Source: Solirubrobacterales bacterium
GTDB lineage: Bacteria > Actinomycetota > Thermoleophilia > Solirubrobacterales > 70-9
Direction: 5' to 3'
Length of the DNA stretch: 28,030 bases
Assembly: GCA_051305975.1 (NCBI GenBank)
Contig: JBPPMI010000216.1
Span: 1-28,030, forward strand
Below the pieces are notes generated by a model that was not told where the DNA came from, ran no database searches, and was given only the letters and a program-made list of their open reading frames with translations. A program made the translations under genes and the position numbers. Below, piece by piece: positions 15,720 through 25,101 of the stretch; the stretch's first letter is position 1, and each line of letters begins with the position of its first letter.

Positions 15720-18122
15720 CTAGCCGGTCCCGGTGTTCGTGTCCTGCCTCTTTTTCATTGTCAGGTCCGGCAACCCGTCCTTGAACGACTTTGCGCGGCG
15801 GAAGTAGTCGACCCAGTTGTCGCAGATCCCGGACATCAAGACCCGGCGGTGGCCCTGGTTGCGGGTCGCGACGATCCGGCCGAGCTTGGTCTCCCGCGAA
15901 TATCCGGTCAGCCCCTGCAGGAACGTTGCGTCCTTCGCCTTGGCCGTGAACGTGACCGGGCCGGGGCCCTCCACGTTGACGACGCCCGCCGGCCAGAACT
16001 GGCCGCTGGCACCGGTGTCGAGGTTGGCGAGACGCTGACCGTCGAGTGAGGCCTGCATCCCGTGGCTCCTGTAACCGGGTGCCGACAGGGTGAAGCCCGT
16101 GGGGGAGAAGTACTGGATCGAGAGCCGCCACTGGCCGCGGTCGAGGTTCAGCTCGAGCGAGGCGCTTTCACCGGTCTTCAGGTCCGGATCGGGCATCCAG
16201 TCCGATCGCAGGCCGACTTCGGCGTCCGGCATGAGGCTGGCCACCCCTTCCACCTGCGTGGAGTAGTACTCGCCGCCTTCGTTGCCGCAGTCGATCAGCT
16301 TCGCAGGCATCGTCCGCTCGTTCAGGATCGGACGACCGTAGGCTTCGCCGGTGCGGCGCCACAGGACGTACGAAGGAGTGCGGGCCACCTCCTCGTAAAA
16401 AGGCGGCTCTTTGCTGGTCCAGGCTGCCGCAGTGCTGATCACGTACCGGTAGTTCTGGAGCGTCTGGGCATCGAAGGAATCGAAGTCGATCGCCGCCTGG
16501 CCCGAGGTCTCGTCCTGGAACGGCTTCCGCTCGTTCTCGATCACGGTCGGGTCCGGGAATTCGGTGAGTGGCACGCCCACCTTGGCCCCGCTCAGATGAT
16601 ACGGCGCGAACCGGTCCTGGTCGAAGTACAGCACGGTCTGGTCCTTCACGTAGGGCTGGAACTTGTCCAGCTCCTTGGCCCGTCCCGGGGGAGAGACCGC
16701 CGCGTCCCGCAGGACCACCAGACTGGAAGCGGAGGCGCCGATCACGAAGACCGCGGTCAGCGTAATCCAGGCGAAGTACTCCATGCCCTGGCTCGGTTTC
16801 CACTCGCGGACGATCCCGCTGAGCAGGGCGGTGACGATCACCACCATCGTGATCGGGGCGCTGATGACGAGGGCCTTGGCGAGGGAGTAGTCGCCGACCC
16901 AGAGAAGCGAGATGCCGTAGAGCACGGCACAGGCGATGAAGGCCAGCGGATACACCGACCGCGGCTGCTTCCACCACCACCAGAGCGAGACGGCGAGGGC
17001 CAGCAGGCCGATCGCTCCCATCAGTCCGGGCAGGGGCACCGAGCCGTCCCCGGCGAGGCGGTAGTCGGAGGTGAGCCAGACCCCGAACTCCTCGATCACC
17101 GAGACCGGTCCGAAGGCGTCGCTCGTCGCCACCTCGGAGAAGGCGTCGCCGAAGCCGAAAGGGCCCCAGAACGCAAGGGCCGAGACCAGCCCGAGCACGA
17201 CCAGCGTCGAGGCCAGGACGACCGGTTGCGCGAGGTAGCCGAGGACCGCCCGCGGGGCGACCTTCGCCCGCATCACCGGGTCGGCCAGGATCCAGGCGAC
17301 CAGCACCGCCAGCGGCCAGGCGAGACCGGGGAAGCTGTAGGTGAAGACGATGCCGAGCAGGAGCACGACCAGGGGGACGATCGCCTTGACCCGTTCCTTC
17401 CTGCCGGCCGGAAGCGGCGTCACCTGTGGCAGCGCGACGACGAAAGCCAGCAGGAACATCGCGGCCGCGAGCTCCTTGAAGGCCCCTTGGGCGAAGTACG
17501 AGGCCATCAGGTACGGCAGCCCGACCAGCAGCGCGGCCAGCAGGCGGCGCCAGTTGCCGAGCTTCTCCAGGGCCGCCCACGCGGTCATCACCGTGAGTGC
17601 GGCGATCGCCATGACCATCCCGATGAAAACCGGGCCCAGTGAGATCTTCGGAATGAAAGAGAGGGCCGTCGCCAGACCGTGCGGTCCGAGCGGGTACCCG
17701 TCGGAGGGCTCGGTGCCGAAACCCGACCGCAGGTACTCCGACCAGGCCAGGTGGAGGCCGAGGTCGTTGTTGTAGCCCATGCCGAGCAGGCCCCAGTGAC
17801 CGGTGACGGCGAACGGGATCGAAGTGACCAGGACCGTCAGGACGGCGGCGGCCCAGAAGAACGGTGAACGCGGCAAGTCGTCCAGGCTGAGCCGTCTGAT
17901 CACGAGGGCGGAGCCCGCGACCAGCAATACGACTCCGATCACCAGGACGGTGTGTGTGCCGGGAATGCGGGCCAGCAGGCCTTCGACGGTCATGACCGCC
18001 GCGAAGCCGACCGCCGGTTCGAGCCCGTTCCACTTCTCGCGGCCGGTGGCCAGCATGATCGCGCGGCCCACCAGGAGGGAGAGCCCCACTATCACCACGA
18101 TTGAAAGGAGGGTGCTCGTCAT
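15720..18122 (-). CDS. Large polytopic membrane protein with an extracytoplasmic C-terminal domain (GT-C glycosyltransferase-like, tentative)
   Basis: 800 aa; more than 12 hydrophobic segments in the first ~470 aa. First loop has YNNDLGLHLAW and YPLGPHGL. The product call is a pattern-based guess. Confidence 0.7.
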   Translation of the reverse strand: MTSTLLSIVVIVGLSLLVGRAIMLATGREKWNGLEPAVGFAAVMTVEGLLARIPGTHTVLVIGVVLLVAGSALVIRRLSLDDLPRSPFFWAAAVLTVLVTSIPFAVTGHWGLLGMGYNNDLGLHLAWSEYLRSGFGTEPSDGYPLGPHGLATALSFIPKISLGPVFIGMVMAIAALTVMTAWAALEKLGNWRRLLAALLVGLPYLMASYFAQGAFKELAAAMFLLAFVVALPQVTPLPAGRKERVKAIVPLVVLLLGIVFTYSFPGLAWPLAVLVAWILADPVMRAKVAPRAVLGYLAQPVVLASTLVVLGLVSALAFWGPFGFGDAFSEVATSDAFGPVSVIEEFGVWLTSDYRLAGDGSVPLPGLMGAIGLLALAVSLWWWWKQPRSVYPLAFIACAVLYGISLLWVGDYSLAKALVISAPITMVVIVTALLSGIVREWKPSQGMEYFAWITLTAVFVIGASASSLVVLRDAAVSPPGRAKELDKFQPYVKDQTVLYFDQDRFAPYHLSGAKVGVPLTEFPDPTVIENERKPFQDETSGQAAIDFDSFDAQTLQNYRYVISTAAAWTSKEPPFYEEVARTPSYVLWRRTGEAYGRPILNERTMPAKLIDCGNEGGEYYSTQVEGVASLMPDAEVGLRSDWMPDPDLKTGESASLELNLDRGQWRLSIQYFSPTGFTLSAPGYRSHGMQASLDGQRLANLDTGASGQFWPAGVVNVEGPGPVTFTAKAKDATFLQGLTGYSRETKLGRIVATRNQGHRRVLMSGICDNWVDYFRRAKSFKDGLPDLTMKKRQDTNTGTG

Positions 18123-18127
18123 ATGGA

Positions 18128-18865
18128 TCAGTACTTGTCGGCTGCCGCCATGAGCACGTCGGTCAGGTCTTCCCCGCGGAGGGGGTGTTCGTGGCCGGCA
18201 TGGATCGTCTGCGGCCTGAGTGCGGCGAGCTTGCGGACCGATTCCTTGGCCTTCTGGTGGTTCCAGGCGAAAGCGGGATGCGGAACGCTGGCTTCACCCT
18301 CGGGCAGGGGCTTCAGCTTTGCCGAGTCGACGAAGTAGATAGTGTCGCTCACGACCGCGGTCCTGTCGGACTCCCGCCAGAGGCCGATCAGCCCCGGGGC
18401 GTGACCCGGGAAGTGGATCACCTCGAATCCGGCCACGGTGTCGCCCTCTTCGACGGTGCCCGCGATCTTCACGGCACCGCCGTCCCACCACTTCAGCAGT
18501 GCCGGGTAGACCAGGCGTACCGGGTATGGCAGCAGCGAAAGGTCGAAATAAGGGGGTTGGGAGGCGCCTGATTCGGCGTCCGCGACTTCGTCCGGGTGGC
18601 AGTAGACCGGCGGACCCAGCTTGGCCGCCGTCCCCCGATGGTCGCAGTGTCCGTGCCCGAGCACTATGCGGTCGATTCCTCCGAACTCCTGGGCGACCCG
18701 CCGGGTGGCACCGAGCATCATCCGGCTGCCGGCGTCGAACTGGACCATCTCGCCGTCGGGGCCGCGCAGGAAGTAGATGTTCATGGCTTTCTTCACGTCC
18801 CCGCGCAGGACGTAGATGCCGTCGCCAACCTCTTCGATTCCTTCTGGTGTCAAGTTCTTTTCCAT
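18128..18865 (-). CDS. MBL-fold metallo-hydrolase
   Basis: HGHCDH (HxHxDH), PGHAPG, SD and HAGH metal ligands. Start taken as ATG 18865 (MEKNLTPEG...). Confidence 0.9.
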   Translation of the reverse strand: MEKNLTPEGIEEVGDGIYVLRGDVKKAMNIYFLRGPDGEMVQFDAGSRMMLGATRRVAQEFGGIDRIVLGHGHCDHRGTAAKLGPPVYCHPDEVADAESGASQPPYFDLSLLPYPVRLVYPALLKWWDGGAVKIAGTVEEGDTVAGFEVIHFPGHAPGLIGLWRESDRTAVVSDTIYFVDSAKLKPLPEGEASVPHPAFAWNHQKAKESVRKLAALRPQTIHAGHEHPLRGEDLTDVLMAAADKY

Positions 18866-18883
18866 TCTTCTACGCTGACGGAG
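18866..18883. promoter_or_regulatory. Overlapping bidirectional -10 element for two leaderless genes
   Basis: TACGCT (+, 18871-18876) lies 7 nt before ATG 18884. CAGCGT (-, 18872-18877) lies 6 nt before ATG 18865. Confidence 0.5.
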
Positions 18884-19033
18884 ATGCCTGTCCACTGGAG
18901 AATCCTGATGCTGGTCATATGTCTGTTCCTGGTCGCGTCGGTCGCAATCGGGGCCTACAAGCTTGCGAGCACCCCGACCGAGATCCTCGGCGCGGGATTT
19001 CAGGGCCTGCCCAAGTCCGAGTTTCCCAGATAG
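18884..19033 (+). CDS. Small single-TM protein (49 aa)
   Basis: MPVHWRILMLVICLFLVASVAIGAYKLASTPTEILGAGFQGLPKSEFPR fills the gap between the MBL gene and usp. Has a TANNNT hexamer and GGAG directly upstream. Confidence 0.6.
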   Translation: MPVHWRILMLVICLFLVASVAIGAYKLASTPTEILGAGFQGLPKSEFPR

Positions 19034-19128
19034 GGTTGGAATGACGACAAGGCCCAGCATCGTATTGATCGCCGGGGCCACTAGTACCATTGGAATGGTT
19101 CGTCCCAGTAATCGAGGATGGGAGTCGC

Positions 19129-19578
19129 ATGGCCCTGTTTGAGCGAATTGTGGTTGGTACCGATGGATCGGACTCGGCGCGGGAGGCTGTCCGGCAGGCT
19201 GCGAACCTGGCCCAGCTGACCGGCGCCGCCCTCGATGTGGTCAGCGCATACGAACCGGTGCCGTCAAGCCGCTCCTCTTCGGAGGCCGCGGGCGCCCCGG
19301 CTGACGTGTCCCACGAGTTCGGGCCGCGCGAAGATGTCAACTTCGCCCTCGACGGGGCCGCCGGCATCGCCAAGGATTTCGACCTCGAAATCACCCCTCA
19401 TCCGCGTGACGGCGACGCCGCCGACGCGATCATCCAGGTCGCCGAAGAGACGGGTGCCGACCTGATCGTGGTCGGCAACAAGGGAATGACCGGTGCCAAA
19501 CGGTTCCTGCTCGGTTCGGTCCCGAACAAGGTGAGTCACCACTCACCGTGTTCAGTGATCATCGTCCATACCACCTGA
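19129..19578 (+). CDS. Universal stress protein (UspA family)
   Basis: IVVGTDGS, ADLIVVG and GNKGMTGAKRFLLGSV (G-2x-G-9x-GS ATP-binding motif). GGGAG SD before ATG 19129. Confidence 0.93.
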   Translation: MALFERIVVGTDGSDSAREAVRQAANLAQLTGAALDVVSAYEPVPSSRSSSEAAGAPADVSHEFGPREDVNFALDGAAGIAKDFDLEITPHPRDGDAADAIIQVAEETGADLIVVGNKGMTGAKRFLLGSVPNKVSHHSPCSVIIVHTT

Positions 19579-19587
19579 GGGGCTGGC

Positions 19588-21495
<1,908 letters not shown>

Positions 21496-21552
21496 AGCCC
21501 GCGAGACCACGAAAGTCCTGCATTATCGGGGACTTTCGTGGTCTCGCGGGCT
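21496..21552. repeat. Perfect 23-bp inverted repeat (terminator or REP-like palindrome)
   Basis: AGCCCGCGAGACCACGAAAGTCC (21496-21518) / GGACTTTCGTGGTCTCGCGGGCT (21530-21552), 11-nt loop, starting at the base after the tadA stop. Confidence 0.9.
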
Positions 21553-21598
21553 CCTGGGACCGCTGTTCGCCCGACTCGGATATCTTTGTCAGTCCCCC

Positions 21599-21687
21599 GG
21601 AGGGGTGTCCGAGTGGCTTAAGGAGCGCGATTGGAAATCGCGTGGGCGGGATCTCTCGTCTCGTGGGTTCGAATCCCACCCTCTCCG
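21599..21687 (+). tRNA. tRNA-Ser (anticodon GGA)
   Basis: Acceptor GGAGGGG/CCTCTCC + G discriminator, anticodon arm CGCGA-TTGGAAA-TCGCG, long variable arm, T arm GTGGG-TTCGAAT-CCCAC. No encoded CCA. Confidence 0.96.
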
Positions 21688-21700
21688 TTCAACCAGACGC

Positions 21701-21838
21701 GCGTGTTTCCCGGAACCACCAGAGCGCGCCTGGCTTCGTCGACGCCGGGAATGTCAGCTCAAGTACGTGGGTACGATCGCGGACATTCCCGGCTTTACTC
21801 CTCGCCAGCCACGCTCTGGCGGCCCCGGGGACGCACGC
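21701..21838. repeat. Structured ~140-nt dispersed element, copy B (family unknown)
   Basis: Same architecture and orientation as 8541-8680. Perfect 12-bp inner stem GCCGGGAATGTC/GACATTCCCGGC around the conserved 26-nt loop. Confidence 0.88.
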
Positions 21839-21887
21839 TCAACAGAACTCCGTATTGTCAGAAAATCGTTAGCCTGCAAGGACCCCT

Positions 21888-21974
21888 GGAGGGGTGCGAG
21901 AGCGGTTGAATCGGGCAGTCTCGAAAACTGTTGTGCCTTTCGGGGTACCGTGGGTTCGAATCCCACCCCCTCCG
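21888..21974 (+). tRNA. tRNA-Ser (anticodon CGA)
   Basis: Acceptor GGAGGGG/CCCCTCC + G, anticodon arm GCAGT-CTCGAAA-ACTGT, long variable arm, T arm GTGGG-TTCGAAT-CCCAC. No encoded CCA. Confidence 0.96.
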
Positions 21975-23975
21975 TTATTCAGACGACGGATGTTGCCCGG
22001 AAACCTGGGCGGCACCCGCGTCCCCGGGGCGCCCCAGCAGGTAGGAGCAGAGGCCTGCGAGGGTGATAGTCGCGACCACTATAAGGAGGGGTCCTGAATC
22101 CTCGGTGACCGATCCGATCAGGCCTCCCGCGAGACCACCGATCAGGGCGGCCGGCCAGATCGGCCCGGCGAACGGTTCGAACATCCTGCGGTTCCGGATT
22201 GCGAAAGCGGCGGCGAGCAGGCAGATCAGGGTGATCAGGGGCATGTTGCCGTTCCAGAGCTGCTGCCAGGCCAGGGTGGAGCGGCGCTCGATGATCTGGA
22301 GGAACGATCCGGGGTCGTCCAGTGAGAGGACGCTGTTGCTGTAATGCCCCTGCCCGCCGGAGGTCAGCATGTCGAGTACCGCAAGGAACGCAAGGCCGAT
22401 GACCGGGCTGACCACGAGGATCGCTATCCGCTTTCGGGTCCATTCGCCCGGCAGCATCATCATCGCGGCGACCGCGGTGGCGCTGGCCACGATTATGGCC
22501 GCACCAACGCCTGCCCCGAGCCGTCCGGAGCCGAGGATCACGCACAGTACGAAACCGCACCCGATGATGGTCAAGGCTGCATTCCGGGACTTCGGCTTGT
22601 TGGTCAGCACGGCTCCCAGCCCGGCAAGCAGAAGCACCATCAGTCCGGACTTGAGCTCGTTACCGACTCCGTAGAAACGGGAGCCGTAACCCGGGTTCGG
22701 TCCGAGGATCGATCGGGTGATCAGGTGGGAGCTGAAGGCGAGGTCGACGGTGATCACGCCGAGCCCGACCGCGGCCGGTACGAGCGGGGCCCGCGGCCAG
22801 TCGACGAAGCGGTCGGTCAGCCAGCCGAGGCCGAGGCAGCCACCGCCGATGATGAAGTACTCGAGCTCCCTGGAGGGGTTGCCGAGTGCGGCCGGCACCA
22901 GAATCATCGCCGGGATCCAGAGGATTGCGAGCCCGCCGATCCGCCGCACGGGAAGCCGGGTCCGCTCGGTGCCACCGATCGCTCCCGCCGCGAGCAGGAG
23001 GATCAGCCAGCCTGCCGCCACGAAGGCCAGGGCGGGCGTCCGTCGCGGTCCGAGTTCGTCGAGCCGGTCGCGGAGGGGGGTGAGCACTTGCGGTTCCCGC
23101 TCGTCGTCGGCCAGCATCACCTGTCCGAGCATGTCCTCGGGAATCTCGAGGCCGAGGTGGTCGAGGATGGTCGGGGCGATGTCGATGCCGGCGACCAGGT
23201 TCGGCTGGTTGGTCGAATCCGAGGTCAGTCCGGAGGCGGAACCGTCAGTGAGGCCGGCCACACCGATCGGCAGCAACGGCAGGATCGGCCCGTCGGGCGG
23301 GGTCTGCATCGCGATAACGAGCTGACTGTCGTTGCGGAGCCGGAGAATCTGGCGGAGTTCCCGCAGGCCATCGAGGCCGGGTGAGGTGGCGACCACGACC
23401 AGCCCGTACTCCCGGGCTTCCCTCTCGGCCCGGCGGGCGGTATCCGCGGTGTCGGCAAGGGCGAGCGAAGAGATGCGGCCGATCCGGTCTGCCGCCGGGA
23501 TTACCGTTTCCTGGAGCCGGGTGGCATCACCGACGTAAGCGACGCCGCCGGGGATGGTCGAGGCGAGCAGTCCCGGCACGATCGTCTGTGGGGCGGTGCC
23601 GGCCCGTTCCACGATGGCGTCCCAGCCCTTGACCGACCCGCTGCCGTTGACCATCTTCACGAGGCCGACCGGAGGCACGTCCTTGGGGTCGTAGGTCGAC
23701 CGTGAGACCCGGGTCCCCTGCCCGATGTCGAGCAGCGCCTGCTCGCTGGCGTAGGAGCCCTGGGTCGAGCTGGTCAGGCCGATCGACAGTTCCCCGATCT
23801 CCGCAAGGCCCTCGGCGACGTCTTCGCCGTAGGAAGGCTCGGCTTCCTTGTCCTGCGGGATCAGGACGAGGATCGCCGACTTCCCGGTCTCGGCCCCCGC
23901 GGCAGGGGCCTGCAGGAACGAAAAAGCGAAGAAGGACAGGACCGCCACCAGAGAGGTGGCGAAACGGCGGTTCAC
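21975..23975 (-). CDS. Membrane protein: signal peptide, extracytoplasmic domain, then ~10 TM helices; function unknown
   Basis: 666 aa with an N-terminal signal-like segment ending AGA. Soluble region contains LVAGIDIAPTILDHLG (reminiscent of the alkaline-phosphatase superfamily). GSRFYGVGNE motif in the TM region. Confidence 0.8.
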   Translation of the reverse strand: MNRRFATSLVAVLSFFAFSFLQAPAAGAETGKSAILVLIPQDKEAEPSYGEDVAEGLAEIGELSIGLTSSTQGSYASEQALLDIGQGTRVSRSTYDPKDVPPVGLVKMVNGSGSVKGWDAIVERAGTAPQTIVPGLLASTIPGGVAYVGDATRLQETVIPAADRIGRISSLALADTADTARRAEREAREYGLVVVATSPGLDGLRELRQILRLRNDSQLVIAMQTPPDGPILPLLPIGVAGLTDGSASGLTSDSTNQPNLVAGIDIAPTILDHLGLEIPEDMLGQVMLADDEREPQVLTPLRDRLDELGPRRTPALAFVAAGWLILLLAAGAIGGTERTRLPVRRIGGLAILWIPAMILVPAALGNPSRELEYFIIGGGCLGLGWLTDRFVDWPRAPLVPAAVGLGVITVDLAFSSHLITRSILGPNPGYGSRFYGVGNELKSGLMVLLLAGLGAVLTNKPKSRNAALTIIGCGFVLCVILGSGRLGAGVGAAIIVASATAVAAMMMLPGEWTRKRIAILVVSPVIGLAFLAVLDMLTSGGQGHYSNSVLSLDDPGSFLQIIERRSTLAWQQLWNGNMPLITLICLLAAAFAIRNRRMFEPFAGPIWPAALIGGLAGGLIGSVTEDSGPLLIVVATITLAGLCSYLLGRPGDAGAAQVSGQHPSSE

Positions 23976-23994
23976 GTCAAGGACGAAGCGGGTC

Positions 23995-24252
23995 TCATTC
24001 CCCGCCGGTGAGCTGGCCCTTGGCGAGGTCGAGGGCGACCGTGAGGAGGCCGACCACGGAAAGCGGATCGGACGAATCGGAGACCAGCTGGACGTGCATG
24101 GTCTGCTCGTCTCCGCCGTCGTCCTCGCTGAGGACGGCGGAGATCACGAGCTGGTCGAGCCGGGCACCGGGGGTGTCGCGCTCCACCTGCTCCATCAGTT
24201 CCTGGGCTAGTCCGCCTATACGGGAAGAAGTCGATGGCTCTGAATCGTTCAT
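23995..24252 (-). CDS. Small acidic hypothetical protein
   Basis: 85-aa ORF filling the gap; TAAGGT 6 nt before the ATG. Confidence 0.65.
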   Translation of the reverse strand: MNDSEPSTSSRIGGLAQELMEQVERDTPGARLDQLVISAVLSEDDGGDEQTMHVQLVSDSSDPLSVVGLLTVALDLAKGQLTGGE

Positions 24253-24258
24253 CCGGTC

Positions 24259-24264
24259 ACCTTA
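24259..24264 (-). promoter_or_regulatory. -10 hexamer, leaderless small gene
   Basis: TAAGGT on the minus strand exactly 6 nt before ATG 24252. Confidence 0.6.
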
Positions 24265-24273
24265 CCGGTAATG

Positions 24274-24300
24274 GAAAAGGCGCCCGAGGGGCGCCTTTTC
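24274..24300 (-). terminator. Intrinsic terminator of rpsD (symmetric, could act in both directions)
   Basis: GAAAAGGCGCCC-GAG-GGGCGCCTTTTC: 12-bp stem with T4 on either strand, 23 nt after the rpsD stop. Confidence 0.88.
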
Positions 24301-24323
24301 GAAGAATCGGTACTTGCCGCGGA

Positions 24324-24944
24324 CTACCTGGAGTAGTGCTCGACGATCAGGCGCTCTTCGATGGGAGCGGCGATGTCGGTCCGGTCGGGAAGACGGTTGA
24401 CCGTTCCCTTGAGTCCGTCGTGGTCGGCGAGGAGCCAGGCCGGGGTCGGGCCGGCGGTTTCAGTCGCCTGACGGGCCATCGGCTCGATGGCGGCGTCCGG
24501 CTTGACGGCGATCTGGTCACCGGCGGAAACCTCGTAGGAAGGACGGTCGAGGCGCTTGCCATTGACGGTGATGTGCTGATGGACCACGAACTGGCGGGCC
24601 TGGGCACGCGTGGTTGCCATTCCGAGGCGGTAAACGACGTTGTCGAGGCGCTGTTCGAGGTGCCGCATCAGGTTCTCGCCGGCCATGCCTTCTTCACGGT
24701 TGGCCCGGTCGAAGAGCTTGGCGAACTGGCGCTCTCGAAGTCCGTACATCGACTTGGCACGCTGCTTTGCGCGCATCCGGACGGAGTACTCGGAAGCCCT
24801 CCGGCGCCCGCGGCCGTGCTGGCCCGGGGGGTAAGGCCGGCGCTCCATGGCGCTCTTGCCACCAAGGGCGCGTTCACCCTTGAGTCCGAGGTCGACGCCT
24901 TCGCGCCTTGAAAGTTTCTCTTTTGGTCCTGTGTATCTACCCAT
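24324..24944 (-). CDS. rpsD: 30S ribosomal protein S4 (cysteine-free, stand-alone)
   Basis: MGRYTGP, PYPPGQHG, SEYSVRMRAKQR, LEQRLDNVVYRLG, ARQFVVH and LIVEHYSR motifs. Confidence 0.95.
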   Translation of the reverse strand: MGRYTGPKEKLSRREGVDLGLKGERALGGKSAMERRPYPPGQHGRGRRRASEYSVRMRAKQRAKSMYGLRERQFAKLFDRANREEGMAGENLMRHLEQRLDNVVYRLGMATTRAQARQFVVHQHITVNGKRLDRPSYEVSAGDQIAVKPDAAIEPMARQATETAGPTPAWLLADHDGLKGTVNRLPDRTDIAAPIEERLIVEHYSR

Positions 24945-25101
24945 GTGCGACGCATGACAGTACCGGATCGGGCGAAGTACCGCTTCCTCAGCGGTTCAAC
25001 CGGAATCTGAAACGCATGCCGCTACGCTTCGCCCCGGCCACCCTTGGCGAAGGTTCGACCCAAAGCCGGCCGGCAACGGCGTGCGTATAGTCAGTCCCAG
25101 G

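Noticed and set aside
9322-18033. Long alternative-frame ORFs (9322-11259, 10586-11668, 14418-16049, 16062-17642, 16168-18033 and similar)
   Set aside because: Shadow ORFs expected in high-GC DNA: Arg/Pro/Gly-rich, no motifs, and overlapping well-supported genes.
19073-19092. DosR/DevR-like box upstream of usp (GGGCCACTAGTACC)
   Set aside because: Only a loose match to the recalled consensus with the central symmetry broken; not distinguishable from chance in GC-rich DNA.
21663-21976. Near-identical 3' ends of the two tRNAs as attL/attR of an integrated element
   Set aside because: Both are complete tRNA genes with different anticodons, so the similarity is ordinary tRNA-Ser homology. There is no integrase and no partial tRNA copy elsewhere in the window.
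24995-25012. Zur box upstream of rpsD (TTCA-N9-TGAA)
   Set aside because: Too short and too GC-rich in the centre compared with the AT-rich actinobacterial Zur palindrome.
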